Assembly (NCBI GenBank): GCA_045637685.1
Contig: JAZTZW010000016.1
Span: 91,670 to 155,669, forward strand
DNA length: 64,000 nucleotides
Origin: Eubacteriales bacterium
GTDB lineage: Bacteria; Bacillota; Clostridia; Oscillospirales; CAG-382
Direction of reading: 5' to 3'
Below, one piece after another: positions 1-8,156 of the stretch. The translations under genes were made by a program, and so were the position numbers. Within the stretch, counting starts at the first letter, position 1. Each line of letters starts with the position of its first letter. The notes beneath the pieces were generated by a model. It saw only the letters and a list, made by a program, of their open reading frames with translations, searched no databases and had not been told where the DNA came from.

Positions 1-2
1 AA

Positions 3-1628
3 ATGGGCGAAATTACGGCGAACGCGGTCGGTGTTTACACCGTAACCGCCGAAGCGGTTACCGATTACGGAGTTTTTGCCGCAAGCTGTAAAATTACCGT
101 TCGTGATGACCTTATAATTTTTAAAGAAGAAAGCGGCTTGCGCATCGACCGCAACAACGGATTTGTTTACGGTGTTGCCCCCGCAACCGACGCAAAAACG
201 CTTCTTTCTATGCTTAACAATCCCAAAAATGCAACCGTTACCGATACGAACGGTATTCCCATAAGCGGAGCGGTCGGCACGGGTTGCAAAATAACTCTTT
301 CGATCAACGGCGAAATAACCGATACGCTTACCGTTATCGTCGCAGGGGATTGCGACGGCGACGGATATATAACCGCCTACGACCTTTACCTGCTCGAGCG
401 TATATTGCGCGGATACAGCTACGATATTGCATTCAGCACCGCGGCGGACATCGACGGCAACGGCATAACCGCCGACAACGATTACCGCGCGCTCAAAAAT
501 ATGCTTCTTCGCCCCGAGGGCGATATTTCGACAGTACCCGAGGAAAACCTCTTCGGCTTAAGCTCGGTGCAAACGCTTACCTATATCGAAAGCGGCTCGA
601 TTATCGACGTTGCCGTTTGTATAAGCGGTTGCAAATACGCCCGCGGCGTTTCGGGCATAATCGATGTAGGCGAAGGGCTTGAATTTATAGAAGCCGAGGC
701 TATGGGCTGGGAAATCGGCGCAAAGGACCTCGGAAACGGAAAAATAAGCTTTTATGCCCACGGCGACAACGGCGAAAATTGCGAAAAGGCGTTTAAGGTG
801 CTGCTAAACCTGCGCTTCCGCGTTACCGCCGAAGCGGGAAGCACGTTATCCTTCTCGTCCGAAGGCTTTACCGCCTCGTTTGCCGACGGCTGTAAGACCG
901 TTCGGTTTGAAGGCTTAAACAGCTTTGTTTACGGCGCGCACGAGGGCGAGCTGAACATTGAATTCCACAACGCGAAAAGCTTTAGCTTCGACCCCGAAAA
1001 GCTGAAATACACAGCGGTTATCCCTTATAACAGCGCGCTTGCCGACATATTGGTGACCAGCCCGCAGGGATATACGGTTTCGGTTTCTGATATCGTTATT
1101 CCCGATTCGGGAAGCGGAAACGTAAGCATAAGCGTGACCGACGAAAATGGCTCGACCACCCTTTACACGATACGCGTCCGCCGCGATGACGAGCCGCATT
1201 TCGACACCAACTGCCGTCTTGCGACCTTGGAAATCGAAGGACATCGGTTGCAACCGCAGTTCGACCCCGATATTCTCGAATATTCGGTTTCCGTACCCTA
1301 CGGCACCGAAAATATAAACCTTTACTGCGTTGCCCAAAGCCCGAGCGCACGCGTGATAATCGGCGACACCTCGCTTAATGGCGAAACTACCCCGATTACC
1401 ATAACCGTCGGCTCGCCCGACGGCGAATCGCTCACCTATACCGTTTACGTAACTATTCTGCCGCCTGCCGAGGAAAGCAACGACGAATCGCTCCCCGATG
1501 ACGACAGCGACGGCTTCCCCGTCGGTACGGTACTCGCGGTAATCGGCGCGCTTGCCGCCGCCGCGGCGATAATCACGGTATATATCAAGCTCGCCAAACG
1601 CGACGAAGAATTGCGCAAAGAGGAATAA
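3..1628 (+). CDS. cell-surface protein, 5'-partial (dockerin repeat pair, two cadherin-like beta-sandwich domains, C-terminal TM anchor)
   Basis: ORF runs off the window start. DCDGDGYITAYD / DIDGNGITADND look like calcium-binding dockerin repeats. LEYSVSVPYG...LYCV fits the cadherin-like beta-sandwich pattern. A hydrophobic LAVIGALAAAAAIITVYI stretch followed by KLAKRDEE looks like a membrane anchor. Confidence 0.6.
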   Translation: MGEITANAVGVYTVTAEAVTDYGVFAASCKITVRDDLIIFKEESGLRIDRNNGFVYGVAPATDAKTLLSMLNNPKNATVTDTNGIPISGAVGTGCKITLSINGEITDTLTVIVAGDCDGDGYITAYDLYLLERILRGYSYDIAFSTAADIDGNGITADNDYRALKNMLLRPEGDISTVPEENLFGLSSVQTLTYIESGSIIDVAVCISGCKYARGVSGIIDVGEGLEFIEAEAMGWEIGAKDLGNGKISFYAHGDNGENCEKAFKVLLNLRFRVTAEAGSTLSFSSEGFTASFADGCKTVRFEGLNSFVYGAHEGELNIEFHNAKSFSFDPEKLKYTAVIPYNSALADILVTSPQGYTVSVSDIVIPDSGSGNVSISVTDENGSTTLYTIRVRRDDEPHFDTNCRLATLEIEGHRLQPQFDPDILEYSVSVPYGTENINLYCVAQSPSARVIIGDTSLNGETTPITITVGSPDGESLTYTVYVTILPPAEESNDESLPDDDSDGFPVGTVLAVIGALAAAAAIITVYIKLAKRDEELRKEE

Positions 1629-1636
1629 GTAAAAAT

Positions 1637-1735
1637 AGGCTTGAGGGAGTGCCTCAACTCTACCCAAGAAATCAAAGATTTTTTAAAATAGAGCTTGGGA
1701 GAAAAGCTTTTTGCAAAAAGCTTTTCTCTCAATTT
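1637..1735. repeat. intergenic repeat element, copy A (hairpin plus extended palindrome gagaaaagctttttgcaaaaagcttttctc)
   Basis: Shares the order hairpin / caagaaa...ttttttaa / palindrome ...tttttgcaaaaag... with the copies at 60493-60640 and 63838-64000. Confidence 0.55.
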
Positions 1736-1761
1736 CATTTATCCACACAAAAAAGACGAAT

Positions 1762-1795
1762 AAAAAAGGAAGGAAACGCGTTCCTTCCTTTTTTG
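1762..1795. terminator. palindromic bidirectional rho-independent terminator (AAAAAAGGAAGGAAACGCGTTCCTTCCTTTTTT)
   Basis: Perfect 11-bp stem (ggaaggaaacg/cgttccttcc) flanked by an A-run and a T-run. It sits between two convergent genes. Confidence 0.75.
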
Positions 1796-1807
1796 TTATG
1801 CTTTTAA

Positions 1808-4800
1808 TTAACCTATCGTATAGGTGCCGAAGTAGCGACGTGGGATGGGAATGTAGTCGAACTGGTCGACCTTGCCGTCTTTGTTGACGTCAGCGCGAGC
1901 CATTTCGTCGTCGGTGAGGACTCGGGTTACGAAATAATGGCGTTTAACGAGTATATAATCGTATTGGTTTATCGAACCGTCATTGTTAACATCGCCGAGA
2001 GTGCCGTTGACGGGAGGGTTGACGGGAGGGTCTATGGGTGCAGGTTGGGTGGCAAGAAGCTCGTTGCAAGTCAAACAATGCTGTTCCTTGCTACCGTCTT
2101 CAAGCGTTGCCCATCCGCCCGCAGTGTGTCCTTTAGCGGCAACAAGCACATTGCCGCAAGAGGTGCAGGTTTGAGCTTTGGTGCAGGTAGCGGCTGTACC
2201 GGGGGTGTGTCCTTTAGCGGCAACCAGAACATCGCCGCAAGAGGTACAAGTCTGAGCTTTAGTGCAGGTAGCAGCTGTACCGGGGGTGTGAGTGTGTGGA
2301 GCTGTATTCTGCTTCCAAACTGCATATAAAGTTTTATTCGAATTGGTAGATATACTATCGGACGGTTGATACTCGGCAGAGGAAGCGGTTGAGGATGTTG
2401 ACCATCCGAGGAAGGTGTATCCACTGCGAGACGGTGTATTACTGCTTACGGATGGGGATTTTCCGCAATAGACATAGTGTGCGGAAGGAGCATTATAGCC
2501 GCCGTTAGCATTGTACGAAATATATGCACCGCGTAGAATTCCAAAATCAATATTTCCCGTAAATTGCGAATCATACGCTTGTACATATATGTAATAGGTT
2601 TCGCCGGAATTCATATAGTATTCAAGCTGAAACTGATAATCGCCTGCGCTGTCATCATCATAAGCCAATTCGTATCCGTAGCTGTCGTAAATAGTTACGT
2701 AATTATCGACCGAATCCAAACCCCATATCATATACGATGTGCTGATCGTGGGAGTGAATTTATAATATACACCGACAGAAGGATAGTTGATTCGTGCTAT
2801 TTCTGTAGTGTATGTTGTAGTTGAGCACGGAATCTGTTCCCAAACCGCATATAATGTAATCGCTGCGTTGTTGTTGTACGCTTGTCCGGGACGGTAAGCT
2901 ATAGAATTGCTGCCGCTGCTTGTGCTCCAACCAAGGAAATTATAACCGAATCGATAGGGAATTTCTTCAGACAGCGTAAGCGTAGAATTATGAGTTTTTT
3001 CTTGAGAATAGGGTGCGCCCGTACCGCCGTTGGCGTTGTATGTAACGCTGTATTTATCAACGTAAAAATAATAGTAGGCACCAATCCCAATATCGCCGTT
3101 AACCGAAACATGGGCAACGTATTCGCCGATAACAGTAGGTATGAAATTAATCCACTCTTGGTCAACGCTTGCCGTATAGTAGGCTATCGTATTGCCGTTG
3201 GGGTCTTCTACAGATATGTCAACCGAATAATCACCGTAGAAAACATCATCCCACGGCGAATTGGAATTCGCTTCATAAAGTTTGTAGCAAAAATAATATG
3301 TTTCGTTTAGAGTACAATGGAAAGTACTGGAACCGTATAACGAATCCGAAACCCAATATTCTAACTCAGGACGTACATAATTATTTACAATTTCAAAGGT
3401 GGATGTGCATACATATGCGTCATCGTACCACATATAGTTCGGTGTCGATGTGGGAATTTCGTAATCATAATAATAGAAGTTATTAAATCTGAAGTACTGC
3501 CCAACGCTCCATGTCGAAGCTATATCTGCCATTGCAAAACTCGAAGGACTCGTGTAGTCAACGTCGCCAAGCCCTAATGACGGATAGTCGTTGCCGACGT
3601 GCGCAACCCAAACGAAGCCGTTCTCGGGAATAGAGAGAGGTGTTGCCGATCCGTCGGAAAGTCCATTGGAAATCTCGGTAATTTTGAAAATATCGGCTCC
3701 GTTGGAATCAACACCGTTATATTCAAAAGCGACGTGGATGCCCCAAGGATAATTCGCATACGACTGTGTAAAGACAACACCGCCGCCTTCTATGTTCGAT
3801 TCGTTGTAGTGAGTAACCCAGAAAAGATTATCGGGGACCGATATATTCTGCCATACCGCATACAGCGTTGTAGAATAATCTCCATAAAACCAATCGCCCC
3901 ATTCGTAGGTTGGGTAAGTTGCACTACTGCTTTCCGACCATCCAAGGAAGGTATAGCCATCAAGTGAAGGGATTTGTGACGAGATCTGAAGATCTACGCC
4001 CTCGGTCTTTGTTTGAGCTGCAGGCTCTCCCCAACCGCCGTTTGCGTTGTAGGTTATAGTGTAGGTATTTACAGGAGAAACATTGCCAAATGTAAAATTA
4101 TAGCTTGCTGCTGTTCCGCATATACCCGTCCACTCCAATTTGCCGCTTTCAGAATAATACGTGGAACACTCAACTTCTATTGCAAGAGTATAGTAGCCGG
4201 TTGTAAGGTTTTGAAAATACAGAGTATTGTCTACCGTACTGCTTTTTAATGCATAGGAGTTTCCCCCTACCTGAACTTTATTTGAAGATATCGCTTTTGA
4301 ACTGTGCGAGTTTGTTCCGTTATAAACTACTGCTTGAACGTAATCAAGCGTACCAGTTGTTCTTACTGTACCATTTAAAGGGGTTGCTCCGGTAATATTA
4401 GCATAAAACCAACCACCGTCAACCCACGGCATTTCAAAATCATAAAATTCTGTTCTATTTGCAAAAACGTATCCTACCGTTCCGTCGGAAAATTTTGTTT
4501 CGTACCAATAGTTTCCTTCGCTGTTTTTATAAAGAGCAGTCGCTACGAACGTGTCGCCTACGGAAAGCGCCTTTGAGGTAAGTGCGATAGATTCGCATCC
4601 GTAATTTGCCGCAGTATTACTATTGCAAGGCAAAGTGTAGGGGTTATTTGCTTCGGTAACTTTTATTACTGCCGCGCAGGGATATTTCGTACAGTTGGAA
4701 AGATAGTTTGCAGTAGGTAATTCTGTTGAATACAAGTCTGTTATTAAATTATAATATGATTGCCCGCAAGACCATTGATCATACACACTCAAACCATTCG

Positions 4801-5350
4801 GCAACTCTAAGAGCTGATTTGCATAAGGATCTATCGAATATGTTTGGTACGGCTGCCAATTTCCATATAATATTTGAAAGTCTAAGTGATTGCCCGTAGA
4901 AGCTCCTGTTGAACCAATTTTGCCAACCTCGGTCATTCCTGCATAGACAGTGTCTCCTATCTTAACAGAAACCGAATTTAGATGACTATAACGCGTATAA
5001 AGAATGACAGTAGAGCCGTCCAAGGTTTTGTATTTATGTTCTAGTACAACATAATTTCCGAAACCATCACCATAACCGCCGTTGAATGTCTGAATCACTA
5101 TCCCATCATATGATGCTACAGCTGGAGTATTTAGAGGCGCAGAAATATCTATAGCACAATGATTTCTTTGATCGTAAAAACAACTTTGAATATTGTAATA
5201 CCCTGGCACCGGCCAACGAAAATCCCTCTGTCCTCCGTAAATACAAACTGGGCCCATTCCGTCATATCCTTGGGTATATGCTATAGCTACATGCGGCACA
5301 ATCGTAAAAAGCATAATTGCTACAAGCAACAAACTCAAAAATCTTTTCAT
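1808..5350 (-). CDS. secreted M23-family peptidase with three Flg_new (Listeria-Bacteroides) repeats, Cys-rich 27-aa tandem repeats and a C-terminal dockerin
   Basis: Signal peptide MKRFLSLLLVAIMLFTIVPHVAIA. M23 HxxxD motif (HCAIDIS) plus GNYVVLEH / GNHLDFQI. Three YxxTYNANGG...GYTFLGWS...LYAVW Flg_new repeats. HTPGTAATCTKAQTCTSCG repeated twice. Terminal GDVNNDGSINQYD...ADVNKDGKVDQFD dockerin. AGGAGA RBS precedes the ATG at 5350. Confidence 0.8.
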   Translation of the reverse strand: MKRFLSLLLVAIMLFTIVPHVAIAYTQGYDGMGPVCIYGGQRDFRWPVPGYYNIQSCFYDQRNHCAIDISAPLNTPAVASYDGIVIQTFNGGYGDGFGNYVVLEHKYKTLDGSTVILYTRYSHLNSVSVKIGDTVYAGMTEVGKIGSTGASTGNHLDFQILYGNWQPYQTYSIDPYANQLLELPNGLSVYDQWSCGQSYYNLITDLYSTELPTANYLSNCTKYPCAAVIKVTEANNPYTLPCNSNTAANYGCESIALTSKALSVGDTFVATALYKNSEGNYWYETKFSDGTVGYVFANRTEFYDFEMPWVDGGWFYANITGATPLNGTVRTTGTLDYVQAVVYNGTNSHSSKAISSNKVQVGGNSYALKSSTVDNTLYFQNLTTGYYTLAIEVECSTYYSESGKLEWTGICGTAASYNFTFGNVSPVNTYTITYNANGGWGEPAAQTKTEGVDLQISSQIPSLDGYTFLGWSESSSATYPTYEWGDWFYGDYSTTLYAVWQNISVPDNLFWVTHYNESNIEGGGVVFTQSYANYPWGIHVAFEYNGVDSNGADIFKITEISNGLSDGSATPLSIPENGFVWVAHVGNDYPSLGLGDVDYTSPSSFAMADIASTWSVGQYFRFNNFYYYDYEIPTSTPNYMWYDDAYVCTSTFEIVNNYVRPELEYWVSDSLYGSSTFHCTLNETYYFCYKLYEANSNSPWDDVFYGDYSVDISVEDPNGNTIAYYTASVDQEWINFIPTVIGEYVAHVSVNGDIGIGAYYYFYVDKYSVTYNANGGTGAPYSQEKTHNSTLTLSEEIPYRFGYNFLGWSTSSGSNSIAYRPGQAYNNNAAITLYAVWEQIPCSTTTYTTEIARINYPSVGVYYKFTPTISTSYMIWGLDSVDNYVTIYDSYGYELAYDDDSAGDYQFQLEYYMNSGETYYIYVQAYDSQFTGNIDFGILRGAYISYNANGGYNAPSAHYVYCGKSPSVSSNTPSRSGYTFLGWSTSSTASSAEYQPSDSISTNSNKTLYAVWKQNTAPHTHTPGTAATCTKAQTCTSCGDVLVAAKGHTPGTAATCTKAQTCTSCGNVLVAAKGHTAGGWATLEDGSKEQHCLTCNELLATQPAPIDPPVNPPVNGTLGDVNNDGSINQYDYILVKRHYFVTRVLTDDEMARADVNKDGKVDQFDYIPIPRRYFGTYTIG
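2124..2290. repeat. 81-nt in-frame tandem repeat (2 copies plus a partial) inside the M23/dockerin gene, encoding a Cys-rich 27-aa unit
   Basis: Copy 1 is 2124-2204 and copy 2 is 2205-2285, about 90% identical (gtgtgtcctttagcggcaac...gctgtaccgggg). Confidence 0.8.
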
Positions 5351-5444
5351 TTTTTCTTTCTCCTTATAAATATACCAAAACAGGATATTACAGATATATC
5401 ATATTAGTATAATAATGTCAATGGTTTTTAAAGGAGGGTAATTC

Positions 5445-5657
5445 ATGAATTTTAGATTAAAAGAGCTACGAAAAAGCAGGGGAATTTCGCAAGTATAGCT
5501 TGCGATGGATCTGAATATGAATCAAAACACCATAAGCAGATACGAAAACAACGAACGCGAGGCGGACTATCGTACGCTTATTAAGTTTGCCGACTATTTT
5601 GAGGTATCGTTGGATTATCTTCACGGGCGCGACGACAGAAACAATAACGTACAATAA
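5445..5657 (+). pseudogene. XRE-family HTH transcriptional regulator interrupted by an in-frame TAG at 5496-5498
   Basis: ATG at 5445 is preceded by AAGGAGGG. It encodes MNFRLKELRKSRGISQV, then TAG, then in the same frame LAMDLNMNQNTISRYENNEREADYRTLIKFADYFEVSLDYLHGRDD..., ending with TAA at 5655. The TAG occupies the position that is normally E/Q in the conserved SQEELA helix of XRE proteins. Confidence 0.6.
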
Positions 5658-5697
5658 TGATTTGCAGTGTTTATTGCAAATCGTTTTTTATTGTAAT

Positions 5698-5729
5698 AAA
5701 AAAGGAAGGAAACGCGTTCCTTCCTTTTT
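5698..5729. terminator. second copy of the palindromic terminator AAAAAAGGAAGGAAACGCGTTCCTTCCTTTTT
   Basis: Same stem-loop as 1762-1795 and identical over about 40 nt including the aataaaaaagg prefix. It lies between the XRE pseudogene and the ricT stop. Confidence 0.75.
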
Positions 5730-5731
5730 GT

Positions 5732-7006
5732 TTATTTATCCTCTAATTTTTTAAGGTCTTCGCTTACGTCGTCCTTGACCTTAATCATACCGAGCGCTTT
5801 AAGCTCGCTCTTGCCGAATATTTTTATCGACTGGTCGTTATTCATTTTAACCTTTATCTTGCCGGTTAAGAAGCTGCTTTCGACGATAACGCCTCTGCCC
5901 TTGGGGGTATCGACGATAGTATCGACCTTGGGGAAGGTGGCGTATTCACGCTCGTAGGTATCGTGCTCGAAGCGCAGACAGCACATAAGTCTGCCGCAGG
6001 AGCCGCTTATTTTCGAGGAAGAGAGCGAAAGGTTTTGTTCCTTCGCCATTTTTATCGAAACCTGCGTAAAATCGGGCAGGAAGGTGTTACAGCAAAACGG
6101 TCTGCCGCAGCTTCCCAAGCCGCCGAAGAGCTTTGCTTCGTCGCGCACGCCTATTTGGCGAAGCTCGATTCTTGTACGGAAAACACCCGCAAGGTCTTTA
6201 ACAAGCTCGCGGAAATCGACTCTGCCGTCGGCGGTGAAATAGAAGCAAAGCTTTGCGTTGTCGTGGGTATATTCAACGTCGACAAGCTGCATATCCAAGC
6301 CGTTTTTGGTAACCTTTTCGTGCCAAATCGGCTTTGCGCTTTCTTCTAACTTACGGTTTTCGGCGTTGCGTTCGTCGTCTTCCTTGGTCGCCTTGCGCAA
6401 AACCGGCTTTAACGGAAATACAACCTCGGATTCGCCGACCATTTTATTGCCGAGCGCAACCTCGCCGTATTCAACGCCGCGCACGGTTTCGACGATAGCG
6501 TGCTCGCCCTTTTCGAACTTAATATCGAGCGGCGAGAAATAATATATCTTACTGCCGTTGCGGAATTTTATGCCGACAACCTCGATGGTTTTCGGCTCTT
6601 CCTCCTTTTCCTCGGCAGGAAGCGGCTCGTAATCGAACATATACTTGCGTTCGGGCTCGGGCTCGGGGGTAAAGCCTGTGCCGTTTTGCACCTCGGGACG
6701 CTCGGGTCTTTTCTTTTTGTTGTTGCGGTCCTGACGGTTTTCGCGGTTTTCGCGAGGCTCGCGGTTTTCACGATGCTCGCGGGTTTCGCGGTTTTCGCGA
6801 GGCTCTTCGGGCGCGGTGCTTGCAGCAGCGGGCGCACCCTGCTCGCTATTTTCGGCAGGAACGGTATTTTCGGGCTTGGTTTTCGGCTTTTTGCCGTAAT
6901 GCTTATTGTTTCTGCGGCGGTGGTTGTTGCGGTTGTTGCCGTAATGCCCGCCCTTTCCGCCGTGATTTTCGCGTTTTTCGGTATTGTTTCCGTTGTTATT
7001 TTCCAT
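5732..7006 (-). CDS. ricT: PSP1-domain protein RicT/YaaT with a ~150-aa low-complexity basic N-terminal extension
   Basis: The C-terminal 270 aa carry the PSP1 C-terminal domain (VVGIKFRNGSKIYYFSP...CGRPFCCNTFL...CGRLMCC). Its position immediately downstream of holB matches Bacillus holB-yaaT synteny. AGGAG RBS lies 8 nt before the ATG at 7006. Confidence 0.8.
   Translation of the reverse strand: MENNNGNNTEKRENHGGKGGHYGNNRNNHRRRNNKHYGKKPKTKPENTVPAENSEQGAPAAASTAPEEPRENRETREHRENREPRENRENRQDRNNKKKRPERPEVQNGTGFTPEPEPERKYMFDYEPLPAEEKEEEPKTIEVVGIKFRNGSKIYYFSPLDIKFEKGEHAIVETVRGVEYGEVALGNKMVGESEVVFPLKPVLRKATKEDDERNAENRKLEESAKPIWHEKVTKNGLDMQLVDVEYTHDNAKLCFYFTADGRVDFRELVKDLAGVFRTRIELRQIGVRDEAKLFGGLGSCGRPFCCNTFLPDFTQVSIKMAKEQNLSLSSSKISGSCGRLMCCLRFEHDTYEREYATFPKVDTIVDTPKGRGVIVESSFLTGKIKVKMNNDQSIKIFGKSELKALGMIKVKDDVSEDLKKLEDK
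6734..6806. repeat. cgcggttttcgcg(agg) tandem repeats encoding (R)ENRE(P)REN repeats in the RicT N-terminus
   Basis: Reading directly: ttttcgcggttttcgcgaggctcgcggttttcacgatgctcgcgggtttcgcggttttcgcgagg. The same 17-mer, ttttcgcggttttcgcg, recurs at 9607-9623. Confidence 0.7.
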
Positions 7007-7023
7007 AACCTTAACTCCTGTAT

Positions 7024-8019
7024 CTATCTTGTTGCCGCGCTCAAAAGCTCGACCGAGAGCTTGGTCGCCGCGGCGGTAACGTTTGCATTGTTATCGAGCG
7101 CAGTCATACACGCAAACGAAGCCTCGCCCATTCGCGCAAGCGCTTTCTTCGATGCGTTCTTTATCAGCTCGGTTAATTCGGCGTTTTGCGGTATATGCGC
7201 CGAAGCCACGCCGTATTTGAATTTTTGCGCTTCGTTTATAAGCAGGCAAAATTCATAAAGTATGCCGACAAGCTGTTCCCTTTTGTATTTCGGGAGCAAA
7301 AGCGAGCTCATAAGCTCGTAATTTTGCTTTAAAAGCGCGGTTTGAAGCAGCTTTTCCGCCTTTGCGCGTAATGCCGCGCTTTCCTTCGAAAGATATTTTA
7401 CCGCACTTCCGAAATTGCCGCGCGCAATATCAAGCACGTTTCTAAGCTCGCGCTCCTTGAGCTCGGGAAAGCGTTCGCGAAGCCGTTCGGCAAGTTCGAT
7501 GTCGCGCATACCGTCCAAATGTATTCTCTGTGCGCGGGAAAGCACGGTCGGCAAAAGCGACGAACGGCTTTCGGTAAGCAAAAATATGGTAACGCTTTCG
7601 GGCGGCTCTTCAAAAAGCTTTAACAGCGCGTTTTGCGAATCCTCGCGCAGCTTGCCCGCGTTGTTCACGATAAACACCTGCCTGTCGGAATCGTTCGGCT
7701 TTAAAAACGAACGCCTTATAAGCTCGCGCACGTCGGCAATCGCCGCCGCCTTTTCGCGGCCTATAACATAAACGTCGGGATGCTCGCCCGAGAGGAGCTT
7801 GCGACAGCTTTGGCAATAGCCGCAGGGCTTTTTCGCTTCGGTGCAAAGAAGCGTGCGCGCGCATTCGAGCGCAAAATCGAGTTTTCCGATACCCGAATCG
7901 CCGTCGACGATATATGCGTGCGAGCAAAGGCCGCTATTCGCTTTTTGCGAAAAAAGCCTTAATTCATCGCTGTTATACACCGTCAACCCCTCCAAACTAT
8001 TTTTGCTCATTATTATCAT
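7024..8019 (-). CDS. holB: DNA polymerase III subunit delta' (HolB)
   Basis: SHAYIVDGDSGIGKLDFALECARTLLC...CGYCQSCRKL...FIVNNAGKL...ALLKLFEEPPESVTIFLLTE...LPTVLSRAQ carries AAA+ delta' signatures. The longest ORF reaches 8070 but begins with TTG and has no SD. The ATGs at 8019 or 8010 give a Bacillus-like N-terminus, so the exact start is uncertain. Confidence 0.75.
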   Translation of the reverse strand: MIIMSKNSLEGLTVYNSDELRLFSQKANSGLCSHAYIVDGDSGIGKLDFALECARTLLCTEAKKPCGYCQSCRKLLSGEHPDVYVIGREKAAAIADVRELIRRSFLKPNDSDRQVFIVNNAGKLREDSQNALLKLFEEPPESVTIFLLTESRSSLLPTVLSRAQRIHLDGMRDIELAERLRERFPELKERELRNVLDIARGNFGSAVKYLSKESAALRAKAEKLLQTALLKQNYELMSSLLLPKYKREQLVGILYEFCLLINEAQKFKYGVASAHIPQNAELTELIKNASKKALARMGEASFACMTALDNNANVTAAATKLSVELLSAATR

Positions 8020-8156
8020 AACACAAAACTTTCGATATGAAAAGAGATTTTTGCAAAAATAATTTGACAAATGCGTAAAAAAGTTATAAACTTAATTAGT
8101 TATAAAAGATAAAATGTATTACTATGCGTATTTCTCGGAAAGCGAGGTACTTGTAT

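Noticed and set aside
5496-5498. TAG in the XRE regulator as evidence of an alternative genetic code or stop-codon recoding
   Set aside because: TAG terminates clearly complete conserved genes in this same window: trkA ends ...TTK-TAG, and the CotH gene ends ...FKV-TAG. Standard code 11 applies, so the TAG here is a nonsense codon or an error.
7024-8070. holB start at the longest-ORF position 8070
   Set aside because: The codon at 8070 is TTG with no Shine-Dalgarno. ATG codons at 8019 and 8010 give an N-terminal length matching Bacillus HolB. I therefore annotated the gene from 8019, with stated uncertainty.
8124-8156. coaW N-terminal extension MRISRKARYLY from the first ATG of the ORF
   Set aside because: There is no RBS before 8124. 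The conserved PanK-II N-terminus (IVGIDVGG) begins right after the ATG at 8157, which has an upstream GAGG.
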